Assembly (NCBI GenBank): GCA_050633245.1 | Contig: JBOEGD010000008.1 | Coordinates: 1 to 64,000, forward strand | Length of the DNA stretch: 64,000 nucleotides | Source: Calditrichia bacterium | GTDB taxonomy: Bacteria; Calditrichota; Calditrichia; RBG-13-44-9; J075 | Reading direction: 5' to 3' | Shown here: positions 47,525 through 56,371 of the stretch, piece by piece | Position numbering within the stretch: the stretch's first letter is position 1 | Layout: each line of letters begins with the position of its first letter | Translations under genes and position numbers: made by a program | The notes under the pieces: generated by a model | What the model saw: only the letters and a program-made list of their open reading frames with translations | The model's database searches: none | What the model was told of the DNA's origin: nothing

Positions 47525-48178
47525 TTATTCGTTAAGTGGGTGCTGTGGGCCTTCTTCAAGTAACTTATTTAGTTTGGGTTGCAATACCCATACCCCAATA
47601 TAAAAAAACCAGATCATAAAAAACTCACCAACAAAATCTCCGAACGTTACGTCGCGCTGAAGCTCAGCCAGTTTGATTGTTTTTGCTGCGAAATAGAAAC
47701 AAAAAATAATGCAGATAATCGAAATGATATGAAAGGTGGAGATAAACGTAAAAGCTATTTTGAGAAGAAAGAGTGTCATGTCTTCATTGAGAATAAATAC
47801 TTCTGTACCGTCTATCAGGAGTAGCAAGGGGCCTATAATCATTCCAAGCATTAGGAGAAGAACGTATGTGTAGGGAATGAAGAAGGCTATTTTAAACTGC
47901 AGCATGTTTTTCTTCAGATGATCCGGGATAAGATGTTGAAGCCCCATGTTAATCGACCAAATCCAACCGAAAAAGCCAACCGCTCCAAAAGCGACAAGCA
48001 CAACAAAAATGACAAATGTTCCTAGGACAGTAGACGTCTCAGGTGCAACACCATCCTGCACGGATGGCAAAAGCAATAGGATTGGTATCACTGCCAGTAG
48101 CATTGGAAATACTATAGTAAATAGAAAAATCTCCCAGTGCTTTGCTCGTAAAAGTCGATTAATCATATCTTTCACCAT
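47525..48178 (-). CDS. Hypothetical membrane protein
   Basis: About 5 TMs; KHWEIFL and FF.IWFF.IGVW.LQP motifs. Confidence 0.7.
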   Translation of the reverse strand: MVKDMINRLLRAKHWEIFLFTIVFPMLLAVIPILLLLPSVQDGVAPETSTVLGTFVIFVVLVAFGAVGFFGWIWSINMGLQHLIPDHLKKNMLQFKIAFFIPYTYVLLLMLGMIIGPLLLLIDGTEVFILNEDMTLFLLKIAFTFISTFHIISIICIIFCFYFAAKTIKLAELQRDVTFGDFVGEFFMIWFFYIGVWVLQPKLNKLLEEGPQHPLNE

Positions 48179-48306
48179 GTGTTAGTTCACTTATCTGACA
48201 GAACGACGAAAGTGTTCACAAGTTTATTGGATAAGTGTAGCCTTGATCTCGGATGGGGAATCGAAATAGTATAATGGCTGGCGGTTGATAAAGCAAACAG
48301 CAGAGG

Positions 48307-48819
48307 CTATTTTAAAGGCATTGGGTCAGACTGGATGATCACGTCAAGGTCGTCATTTAATTCAGGAAGAACAGTTTGCAATTGCATAAAAGGAATTTTG
48401 GCGACGCCGATGAATGACCAGCTTTCACCGGAATCATATGATATTCCAATCAGGGAGCCGTTTGTATAAACAGAATCTCCGGCTATAACCAACTCTTCAC
48501 GTTGATTCATAACGCACTGCACAATGTTGTCTTCAACGAAAATCTCTTCTGGCGGGCTCACCTTAATGTCCAAAAAAGTAATGTCTTCAAGGCCGCCGGC
48601 AAGCATATTTATTACTGCTTCCTGTCCACCGGATAGACTCAGTATTGTGGGATGTGTTAAATCGGTAAAGGTTTTATAATCACCTGCCATAAAGGAAGAT
48701 ACCAGCTTATCAGCCGAGCTATGAACAGACTCTTTTGCCTTGACCGAGTCTACCTGTGCGGAGAGGTTTATTGATGCTATTAATGCAATTAAAAAAACGT
48801 AAATTGTAATGTCTTTCAT
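48307..48819 (-). CDS. Hypothetical secreted protein (possibly NTF2-like)
   Basis: Signal peptide ending LSA-Q; S.D.G.SW.F motif. Confidence 0.6.
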   Translation of the reverse strand: MKDITIYVFLIALIASINLSAQVDSVKAKESVHSSADKLVSSFMAGDYKTFTDLTHPTILSLSGGQEAVINMLAGGLEDITFLDIKVSPPEEIFVEDNIVQCVMNQREELVIAGDSVYTNGSLIGISYDSGESWSFIGVAKIPFMQLQTVLPELNDDLDVIIQSDPMPLK

Positions 48820-48861
48820 CTTCTATTCTTTCTCTGAAAACATATTATTGCCTGACACCTG

Positions 48862-50211
48862 TCATTTGATTTCCAATTCCTTAATCAAGCGATTCAAATA
48901 GGTCCGCTGAATATCAAGTGTTCTGGCGGCTTCGGTTTGGTTGCCATTTGTTTGGCTGAGAAGCTCATTGATGTAGCGTTTCTTAAAATTGTTTATTGCG
49001 TCTTGCAAAGGTCGCGGGTCGAATAAGTCATCAATTGCCGAGGCAACTGGCATGCCCAGAAAAGGAAAATCTGAGTCACCCAGCATCGTAGCATTGCTTA
49101 ACACCACTGCACGTTCCATACTGTTTTGCAGCTCTCGGATATTGCCGGGCCAGCTATAGTTCTTCAGCTTTTGCAAGGTAGATTCGGACATCTTCATGGC
49201 TTTACGTCCCTGACTGCTCGTCAGCTTCTCACCGAAATAGCTGATGAGTGCCGGAATATCTTCGCGTCGTTCACGCAGTGGCGGAATATTGATTTGAATA
49301 ACGTTAATGCGATAGTAGAGATCTTCTCGAAAGTTACCCTCCTGAACTTCGGTTGCCAGATTGCGATTTGTTGCGCAGATAATGCGGGTATCGGCGCGCT
49401 TGGTAGCGGTGCCACCAACGCGCTGAAATTCTCCGTATTCAATAAAATGCAGAATCTTTGCCTGCAAATTGATCGGAATTTCGCCGATTTCATCCAGAAA
49501 CAGCGTGCCGCCGTGAGCGATTTCCACCCGACCGGCTTTCTGCTTTTGTGCGCCTGTAAAAGAGCCTTTCTCATGCCCAAAGAGATCAGATTCCAAAAGC
49601 GTCTCAGAGAGTGTTGCGCAATTTACATATACGAATGGGTATTCTTTTCTCTGGCTGTGTTCATGAACGAAGTGAGCCATCAAATGTTTGCCCGTTCCGG
49701 TCTCGGCAGTAATTAAGATGGTCGACTCGCTCTCAGCTGCTCGTTTTGCCGTACCCAGAACCTCGCGCATCTTATCGCTTTCGCTGATGATCTGCACCTG
49801 CTTTTCAGCGATTTCCAGCTCCATCACGCGAGCGTGATTTAGCAAGCGTCGCTGACCGATGAGCTTATTTACAACCAGCAGCAAATGTTCGGGGTCGGTT
49901 GGCTTTGGAAGAAAGTCTTCCGCGCCCTGCTTCATGGCTTCAACGGCATGTTGAATATTGGCGTGTCCGCTAAGCATAACCACCATCACTTCGGGAGAGT
50001 GGCTTTTTACGGTCTCCAGAAACTCGGTGCCTTCGCCATCGGGCAGACGTAGATCTAGCAGAATCAGCTCCGGATTAAACTCCAGCCATTCGTCACGGGC
50101 GTCGCCAATGGAATGCACCATTTCGATCTCAAATCCCTTTTTCTTCAAAAATGTGCTCACCTGATGACATAGATCCAGATCGTCATCAACCATAAAAATA
50201 CGTGTCTTCAT
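48862..50211 (-). CDS. Sigma54-dependent response regulator (NtrC/AtoC type)
   Basis: Receiver VDDD/LLDL/PKP, ETGTGK, GSFTGA, HTH; start at MKTRIF behind GGAG. Confidence 0.93.
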   Translation of the reverse strand: MKTRIFMVDDDLDLCHQVSTFLKKKGFEIEMVHSIGDARDEWLEFNPELILLDLRLPDGEGTEFLETVKSHSPEVMVVMLSGHANIQHAVEAMKQGAEDFLPKPTDPEHLLLVVNKLIGQRRLLNHARVMELEIAEKQVQIISESDKMREVLGTAKRAAESESTILITAETGTGKHLMAHFVHEHSQRKEYPFVYVNCATLSETLLESDLFGHEKGSFTGAQKQKAGRVEIAHGGTLFLDEIGEIPINLQAKILHFIEYGEFQRVGGTATKRADTRIICATNRNLATEVQEGNFREDLYYRINVIQINIPPLRERREDIPALISYFGEKLTSSQGRKAMKMSESTLQKLKNYSWPGNIRELQNSMERAVVLSNATMLGDSDFPFLGMPVASAIDDLFDPRPLQDAINNFKKRYINELLSQTNGNQTEAARTLDIQRTYLNRLIKELEIK

Positions 50212-50289
50212 CTTGTTGCATCTCCATTTGCAATATCGGTTCTGCACTGTATTGTTTGTTTTTGTTTGTTTGCTGAAAAGAATCTCGGA

Positions 50290-50775
50290 AATCGGGTGTC
50301 GAGAATCGACGAAATCAACAACTAATTAAAAAATTCAAAATACACGTTATTTTTTCTAAGTAAAGGTAAACAGTTAATTGGAGGAAGGCAATGTTAGAAG
50401 AGTTGTGGCATCGTTCACTGGAGGTTTGGGATATTAGTCGAGAATTGATAAAGGAATTATATGTTTTAACAAGTGATTTCCCAAAATCGGAAGCTTTTGG
50501 TCTTACTGCACATTCAAGAAGAACAGGTATTTCAATCATTTCAAATATTTCTGAAGGAGCAACGCGAAAATCTGCAAAAGAACGTAAACGTTTTTATGAA
50601 ATTGCACGATCCAGTTTAACTGAATTAGATGCTCAACTTCAGATTGCAATGGATTTGGGGTATTTTGAGAAGTCCAGTGTAAGTTCAATGGAAAAGAAAA
50701 TGCGGAGTATCTTTAAATTGTTAACGGTAATGATGCGTTAAGAGGTTTTTATTTCCCGACACCCGACACCCGATT
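50290..50775. mobile_element. AT-rich cassette bounded by 12-bp inverted repeats carrying a four-helix-bundle gene
   Basis: AATCGGGTGTCG (50290-50301) and CGACACCCGATT (50764-50775); right end made of CCCGACA heptamers; no transposase. Confidence 0.45.
50391..50741 (+). CDS. Four-helix-bundle protein (23S rRNA IVP / TIGR02436-like)
   Basis: LEVW, FPKSEAFGL, SIISNISEG, FYEIARSSLTE...Q...A.DLGY; GGAGG RBS. Confidence 0.92.
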   Translation: MLEELWHRSLEVWDISRELIKELYVLTSDFPKSEAFGLTAHSRRTGISIISNISEGATRKSAKERKRFYEIARSSLTELDAQLQIAMDLGYFEKSSVSSMEKKMRSIFKLLTVMMR

Positions 50776-53156
50776 CACGCCCTATCAAACCTCAACACAA
50801 CTGTCGTTCCCTTACCTTCACGAGATTCAACTTCCAGCTCGCCGTTCATCATTTGGGTAAACTCGCGGCAGATATACATACCGAGGTGAAAGCCCTTGGC
50901 TTTGTCCAGTGAATCGTCGCTAAAGGGCTCGAATAATGTTCGTAGAACTTTTTCGGAGATGCCACGCCCTTCATCTTCAATGGAGATGGTAACGCTGTTG
51001 TTGTCTCCGGGCTTGGTGCAGATATGAATCTTACCCTTTTTGCGCGAGAACTTTGCAGCGTTGTCTACGAGGTTTAGCAGCACTTCCTGTAGCATAACCG
51101 GATCGGCTAGAATGCGGGTATCCGGATCGCACTCCTGTAGAACTTCGAGTTTTTTACTGGCGACCAGCTTTTGCAGGTCGGATAGCACATTGTCCACCGT
51201 TTCGCTGACCATGCAGGGCACGGTATTTATCTTCAGTTCACCATGTTCTTTTTTGGATAGACGCAGCATGTTCTGAACGAAGGCCTGCAATCGTAGAATT
51301 TGCTGCTGTAGCTCATCCAATGATTCAGTGTTTGGTGTAGGATTTTCAACCAGCTCTGTTTGCAGGTTCTTTAGCTTCCACATCATGGTATTTAGCGGAG
51401 CGCGAAGGTCGTGTGCGACCTCTGCCACCAGCATGCTTTTCCAAAGGCTGAGTTTTTGAGCCTGCTCTTTTTCCAGAGTTTCACGAACAGCAAGCTGCAC
51501 ATAACTGAGCTTTTCCCACTGTAGATTTGCAGCGCGAGCCATCTGCTTTGCCAGCTCCAGATCTTCTTGATAAAAGCGTCGTCGAGATTGCTTTTCGCCC
51601 AATAGCCAGACCACATCATTGCGAATGGGCAGCATAACCACCCAATTTTCAGGCAGATCCGCTTTGTGAAGCTCAAGGCGTCGTTCAATTTTCTTTGTCT
51701 GCCGGCCACTAATAGTAATGGCGAGTTCTTCAATCTTGTCTTCCTGCTCGGTAAGGAACTCCCGCGTTCCGGTCAAATCAAAAGCGCCATCGGATATACC
51801 AGTCCACTGCTCTACTTCGCGAGCCATGAACAACTGTTGTTTTAATGGAATGGATCCATCGAAATTAGTTTGCAGCGTATTCAGAATCTGCTCCTGATCG
51901 GAACAGCTTTCGAGATCGGTCAGGAATTTTTGCATGCTGCGGAACTGGTGATAGCGGATGCGAAAGAATTTTTTGTCGATGAATGACTGCACTGCACGCT
52001 TCAGTGGATTGAAGAGCAGCGCAATAATCACCACACTCAGAATCGAGAAATAAGGCGATTCCAGAGAAAACTGTTGATAGATGAGAGCGGACATACCGCC
52101 TACGATTAATACGTAAACGCCAATGAGAATACTGATGACCGCGCCGTAGGCCAGACTGCGGGATAAGACAATTTCGATATCGAACAGGCGATATTTAAGA
52201 ATCGCGATAGCAATACAGATTGGCGCGATAACAAAAAAGAGATCGAACACCCATTCCGGAAGAACCGGATCGAGGCCGAGCATGTGTGGCAGGTTCCAGA
52301 AGAACATGAATGGAAAAATACCCCAAAGTACGCCGCCAATTACCCACTGCAGCTTGCGCTGGTTAACCGGATTCGATTTTCGAGCTTCGTTTTTGAACAT
52401 ATTGATGACGGCAAAGGCCATAGTGAAAATCACCAGCATCCGGAAATATCGATAGGCGTTGTGATAGGCGCGCATTGTTTCGGGAGTGGGGTCGTACACT
52501 TTGGCAAAATAGAGTACCATTAAAATAACTGACAGCGTAACGCCCATAAACTGCAGTGCGGTTTTTCGTTTGCGCAGCATATCCGGCAGCAGAATAGAAT
52601 CGGGAAAGCTATAGCTGAAGTAAAAGAAGGTGAATACAGCCTGTGGATAGGCCAGAAAATAGATGACGATAAACGGTACCGAGAACATCAGCGGCAGCTT
52701 CATGCCGGACCACCAGGCGATGATGGTAAACCCAAACAGGTAGCCCGAGATCGCAAAATACTGTTCCCCTTCGTCTTCTGCATTAATCCATACGATTGTG
52801 GCGACAGCGAAGAATATTAGTCCGACGAGACCTTTTAACAGCAGCGCCCAGAGTTCATAGCGCTTTTCCAGCGTGAATTGAATGACCGTTCCATTGCTGA
52901 TACGCAGGCTTAAAGTATTGCCGATGTCCATCAGATCGACGATGTCGTTAATCTCATAGCGATAGGTGACCGGCTTTTCCGCTGCGTATTCAATTTGCTG
53001 TAATCCGGAATCGGGCGTTGCCAGAAAGACGCCGTAAGGAGTTTCCTGAATTTCGGAGGGCAATGCAGGTCGCAGCGACAGATTGTAGAGCGCAACGCAG
53101 GAGACGCCGACCCAGGCGATCAGAAAAATGACGAGAGATAAATATTTAAATTTCAT
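50775..53156 (-). CDS. Multi-TM sensor histidine kinase
   Basis: Many TMs, GAF-like region, AHDLRAPL, NLVDNAAKF, DEGRG, G2 box. Confidence 0.92.
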   Translation of the reverse strand: MKFKYLSLVIFLIAWVGVSCVALYNLSLRPALPSEIQETPYGVFLATPDSGLQQIEYAAEKPVTYRYEINDIVDLMDIGNTLSLRISNGTVIQFTLEKRYELWALLLKGLVGLIFFAVATIVWINAEDEGEQYFAISGYLFGFTIIAWWSGMKLPLMFSVPFIVIYFLAYPQAVFTFFYFSYSFPDSILLPDMLRKRKTALQFMGVTLSVILMVLYFAKVYDPTPETMRAYHNAYRYFRMLVIFTMAFAVINMFKNEARKSNPVNQRKLQWVIGGVLWGIFPFMFFWNLPHMLGLDPVLPEWVFDLFFVIAPICIAIAILKYRLFDIEIVLSRSLAYGAVISILIGVYVLIVGGMSALIYQQFSLESPYFSILSVVIIALLFNPLKRAVQSFIDKKFFRIRYHQFRSMQKFLTDLESCSDQEQILNTLQTNFDGSIPLKQQLFMAREVEQWTGISDGAFDLTGTREFLTEQEDKIEELAITISGRQTKKIERRLELHKADLPENWVVMLPIRNDVVWLLGEKQSRRRFYQEDLELAKQMARAANLQWEKLSYVQLAVRETLEKEQAQKLSLWKSMLVAEVAHDLRAPLNTMMWKLKNLQTELVENPTPNTESLDELQQQILRLQAFVQNMLRLSKKEHGELKINTVPCMVSETVDNVLSDLQKLVASKKLEVLQECDPDTRILADPVMLQEVLLNLVDNAAKFSRKKGKIHICTKPGDNNSVTISIEDEGRGISEKVLRTLFEPFSDDSLDKAKGFHLGMYICREFTQMMNGELEVESREGKGTTVVLRFDRA

Positions 53157-53296
53157 TTAGGGCAGATTGTTTCGTTGTCGGATCATTTCATTAACGCACT
53201 ATCCAGACGGATCTGAATTGTCATGCGTCAAAAATTGCATGTTTTAATAACATATTGATAAAATCATCCCGAAACAATATATGATGTGGCTGAAGA

Positions 53297-53507
53297 ATGG
53301 CAATTGACCATTGGCAATTGGTCACTAAAAGAAAATCTGGGATAGGAGGTTGGTCGCTCACTGTGTGCGCTGGAAGTTTATAGGTCGCTTCAGCCTTCGG
53401 CTTTCGCTGATAGTTTTTAGGTCATTCCTACAGCGAGTGAAACGAGCGTCCAACGAGCAGCGAAGCTGCGACCTACCCCCCAACCGCCAGACATAGGAGG
53501 ACGACCT
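53297..53507. repeat. Degenerate REP-like / heptamer intergenic repeats
   Basis: AATGGCA-ATTGACC-ATTGGCA-ATTGGTC; TAGGTCGC (53381) vs GCGACCTA (53468) and further partial copies. Confidence 0.4.
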
Positions 53508-54423
53508 ATAGTTCTTCTATCGCCTCCGTCACCAACGGCACATTGTCTGTGGCGAGCACGTCCGCCCCATTTTTAATCACATTGGTATAAACCTGTTTGC
53601 CGCGAGCAGCGGCACTGCGATCCAGGTTGCCCAGCGTTCCGAGAATTGCGCAAATAGCGTTTTTGTGCAGCAGTTTATAAACCAGCGGTCTTGGTTCGCG
53701 GGTGCCGACGAATCCGATGATATTTTCGGGTTTCAGTCCGCGTCTGAAGAGCATGTTGATCGTATTGTAGTTCTGTGCCGGGCAAGAGATCAATAGCTTT
53801 TGGTTGGCGCGATAAAAGCGTTCGGCGGCATCTACGGTATAGGCAATTGGTATGACGAAGCTTTCGGCATCGTATTCACGAATGGCATCGACCATATCGT
53901 TTACTGAGATGCCCTTGCTGTCTAAGGACAATACCGCTTTGCCTCGTGCCCAATCCAGCGACTCTTCTAACGTTGGAATGCGAAATGTAGTGACAGCGCC
54001 GGTCTCGTCTTTCAAATACAGCTCCTTCAGTTCGGCCAGCGTGAAGTCTTCAATTGGGCCGCTGCCGGTTGTGGTGCGGTCGAGTGTCTTGTCGTGCATT
54101 AACACCATTACGCCATCCTTCGAGCGGGTTACGTCGATTTCAATAATGGCCTTTCCATGAGAAACCGTATTTACCATAGCTTCGATAGAATTCTCGGGAT
54201 AGCCGGGTAGTGGTCCGGCGCGGTGTGCGCTAACCATCGGCTTGCGACCTGGTGCCCATTTGAAGTAGCTGCGCAGCTCATCTGATGAACTGAAGGACAA
54301 ATAATTGGCATTGGTATTCGTTTGCGCATCAACTTTCGGCTGTGTTTCTGTCTCGGATTGTTGCTGCATGCAGCCAAAAAGCAGTAGCGTCGAAAGAATC
54401 GAAATGAGTAGTGTCTTGTGCAT
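53506..54423 (-). CDS. Glycerophosphodiester phosphodiesterase lipoprotein
   Basis: Lipobox LLFGC; SAHRA, PENS, EIDV, HDKTLDRTT. Confidence 0.9.
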   Translation of the reverse strand: MHKTLLISILSTLLLFGCMQQQSETETQPKVDAQTNTNANYLSFSSSDELRSYFKWAPGRKPMVSAHRAGPLPGYPENSIEAMVNTVSHGKAIIEIDVTRSKDGVMVLMHDKTLDRTTTGSGPIEDFTLAELKELYLKDETGAVTTFRIPTLEESLDWARGKAVLSLDSKGISVNDMVDAIREYDAESFVIPIAYTVDAAERFYRANQKLLISCPAQNYNTINMLFRRGLKPENIIGFVGTREPRPLVYKLLHKNAICAILGTLGNLDRSAAARGKQVYTNVIKNGADVLATDNVPLVTEAIEEL

Positions 54424-54572
54424 GATTATCTCCGGAATCAATGTAATTGACAGACAATACGGAGCATGGATGAAAAAAACAAGATGTTGAATAAATGTTC
54501 TGAAGAATCTTTTGAAAATGCTTGATTACCTTTAGTCACCTGACTATATTTGTCTCGCTAAAAAACACCTTT

Positions 54573-54656
54573 GCCGAGGTGGCGGAATTGGTAGACGCGC
54601 TAGGTTCAGGACCTAGTGGGCTTCGGCCCGTGGAGGTTCGAGTCCTCTTCTCGGCA
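54573..54656 (+). tRNA. tRNA-Leu (anticodon CAG), CCA not encoded
   Basis: Acceptor GCCGAGG/TCTCGGC-A, D-loop TTGGTAGAC, anticodon stem CTAGG-TTCAGGA-CCTAG, long variable arm, GGTTCGAGTCC. Confidence 0.96.
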
Positions 54657-54676
54657 CGACAGTATAAGCACTTTAT

Positions 54677-54711
54677 AAACAGGCCTTTGCAGATTCTGCA
54701 AAGGCCTGTTT
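54677..54711 (+). terminator. tRNA terminator
   Basis: AAACAGGCCTTTGCAG-ATT-CTGCAAAGGCCTGTTT. Confidence 0.75.
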
Positions 54712-54968
54712 GCGTTTGGGGTAATTCTGTTCGGGTTTTGCTGCTTGGAACATACTTGGAAGGTTTTGTTTTTAGACTGATAATTCGAGGGTTTTTAGCT
54801 TCTTAAGATTTGATTATCTTAATCCCGACTATCTAGCGTATTGAGATCAACTATCTTACCTTCATCTTTTCGCGAAATTCTCCACTTTCATACGTCCATT
54901 GAAAAACCTATATTTTCTCAATCTCCCCTTATATTTTTACATGTAAACATTATGCAACAGGACGGATT

Positions 54969-56369
54969 ATGCCTGAGAAAACCAAGATTCTTATTCTTGC
55001 TGCAAACCCAAAAGACACGACACCTCTGAGGTTGGATGAAGAAATACGCGAAATTGATACTGGCCTTCGCCGCTCTAAACACAGGGATGATTTTGAGTTA
55101 GTAAAGAAACATGCTTTGCGCAATGAAGATTTGCGCCAGGCACTGTTGGATGAAGAGCCTAATATCATTCATTTTTGTGGGCATGGTTATAACTCTGAGA
55201 CTGGCGGAAACGGCATTGTCCTGGTTGATGATGATGGTCTGAGCTATCCTATAGATAGCTCAGCAATAGCGGATCTTATAGGCATTTTGTCAGATGGAAT
55301 TCACTGCGTGGTACTCAATGCCTGCTACACTGTGAAGCAGGCCGCTGCAATTGGGGAACACATTCCCTACGTTGTAGGAATGCGTGAGGAAATTAATGAC
55401 GAGATCGGCATCGAGTTCTCAAAAGGGTTCTACGATGGCATTGGTGCTGGAAAAACAGTAGAAACCTCTTTTAAGTTGGGGTGCAATGCTATCGATATGA
55501 AAAATCTGTCTGATGAATTGTTACCGATTTTGAAGAAACAGCCCGGCGCATCAGATCATGTATTTGTCCCGCGACATCCCGAAGAACCTTCTACAGAAAC
55601 CAGCGAGCAGCAACCCTCTATTCATCAAGAAGCAGATGTAACCGACGGCAGTAGCTATCAGGCAGGTGGCGATATCAATATTCATCATGGAGAGAATGAC
55701 AAACCGGAGGGGACTCGTAACAAAATTGCAGTGTGGTTGGGAATTGTCGCGGCGATAGCAACGATAATAACCTTTGTTTTCGACATTCCTGGAAGAACTG
55801 GATTAATATCAATATCGAATCAAGCGAACACAGTAACTGTTTTGGTGCATGGAGAAAAAGGCAAAGATCAGCTGATATTGCCAAACCGGGGTAAGGTAAA
55901 ACTTATTTACGGAGACGCCATCGTCTCCGAGCAGATCAACGACAAAGGTGAGGCGACATTCAAGCAAGTGCCGGAAAACTTTTTTACGCAGGGTTCAAGG
56001 GTAGAAGTTTTATTTCATGATCCAAAGGGCGAGCCCTATCGAGCTATTTATCATGATTCACTCTATCAATTAACGAAGGGGGAATACGTCTCGTTAGTTG
56101 TTAAACTCTTCGGTTTGGGTGAAATCAGAGGTATTGTGAGAGATTTTGAAACAGGAGACCCAATTGAAGGTGTACGGCTTAGCATTCAAGATGTGGTTAC
56201 TTTTTCAAATGAGTTTGGAGAATATGCATTTACCCTTCCTCCTGATAAGCAAAGAAAACTTCAAACAATAAGAGCCACCAAAGCAGGGTATACTTTTTTT
56301 GAGCTTGATAGTATTCCACCACAAACCGGACGTGAAATCCCCATTCTGATGAAGCCAAAAGAGAATTAG
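54969..56369 (+). CDS. CHAT (caspase-like) protease + TM + extracytoplasmic beta-sandwich/carboxypeptidase-regulatory-like domains
   Basis: ILILAANP..T..LRLDEE, HFCGHG (His), VVLNAC (Cys), FSKGFY; TM IAVWLGIVAAIATIITFVF; G.VRD.ETG.PIEG ectodomain. Confidence 0.88.
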   Translation: MPEKTKILILAANPKDTTPLRLDEEIREIDTGLRRSKHRDDFELVKKHALRNEDLRQALLDEEPNIIHFCGHGYNSETGGNGIVLVDDDGLSYPIDSSAIADLIGILSDGIHCVVLNACYTVKQAAAIGEHIPYVVGMREEINDEIGIEFSKGFYDGIGAGKTVETSFKLGCNAIDMKNLSDELLPILKKQPGASDHVFVPRHPEEPSTETSEQQPSIHQEADVTDGSSYQAGGDINIHHGENDKPEGTRNKIAVWLGIVAAIATIITFVFDIPGRTGLISISNQANTVTVLVHGEKGKDQLILPNRGKVKLIYGDAIVSEQINDKGEATFKQVPENFFTQGSRVEVLFHDPKGEPYRAIYHDSLYQLTKGEYVSLVVKLFGLGEIRGIVRDFETGDPIEGVRLSIQDVVTFSNEFGEYAFTLPPDKQRKLQTIRATKAGYTFFELDSIPPQTGREIPILMKPKEN

Positions 56370-56371
56370 CA

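Noticed and set aside
54657-54968. Integrase-bearing island at tRNA-Leu
   Set aside because: No integrase and no duplicated tRNA 3' end within the window; island status cannot be shown here.
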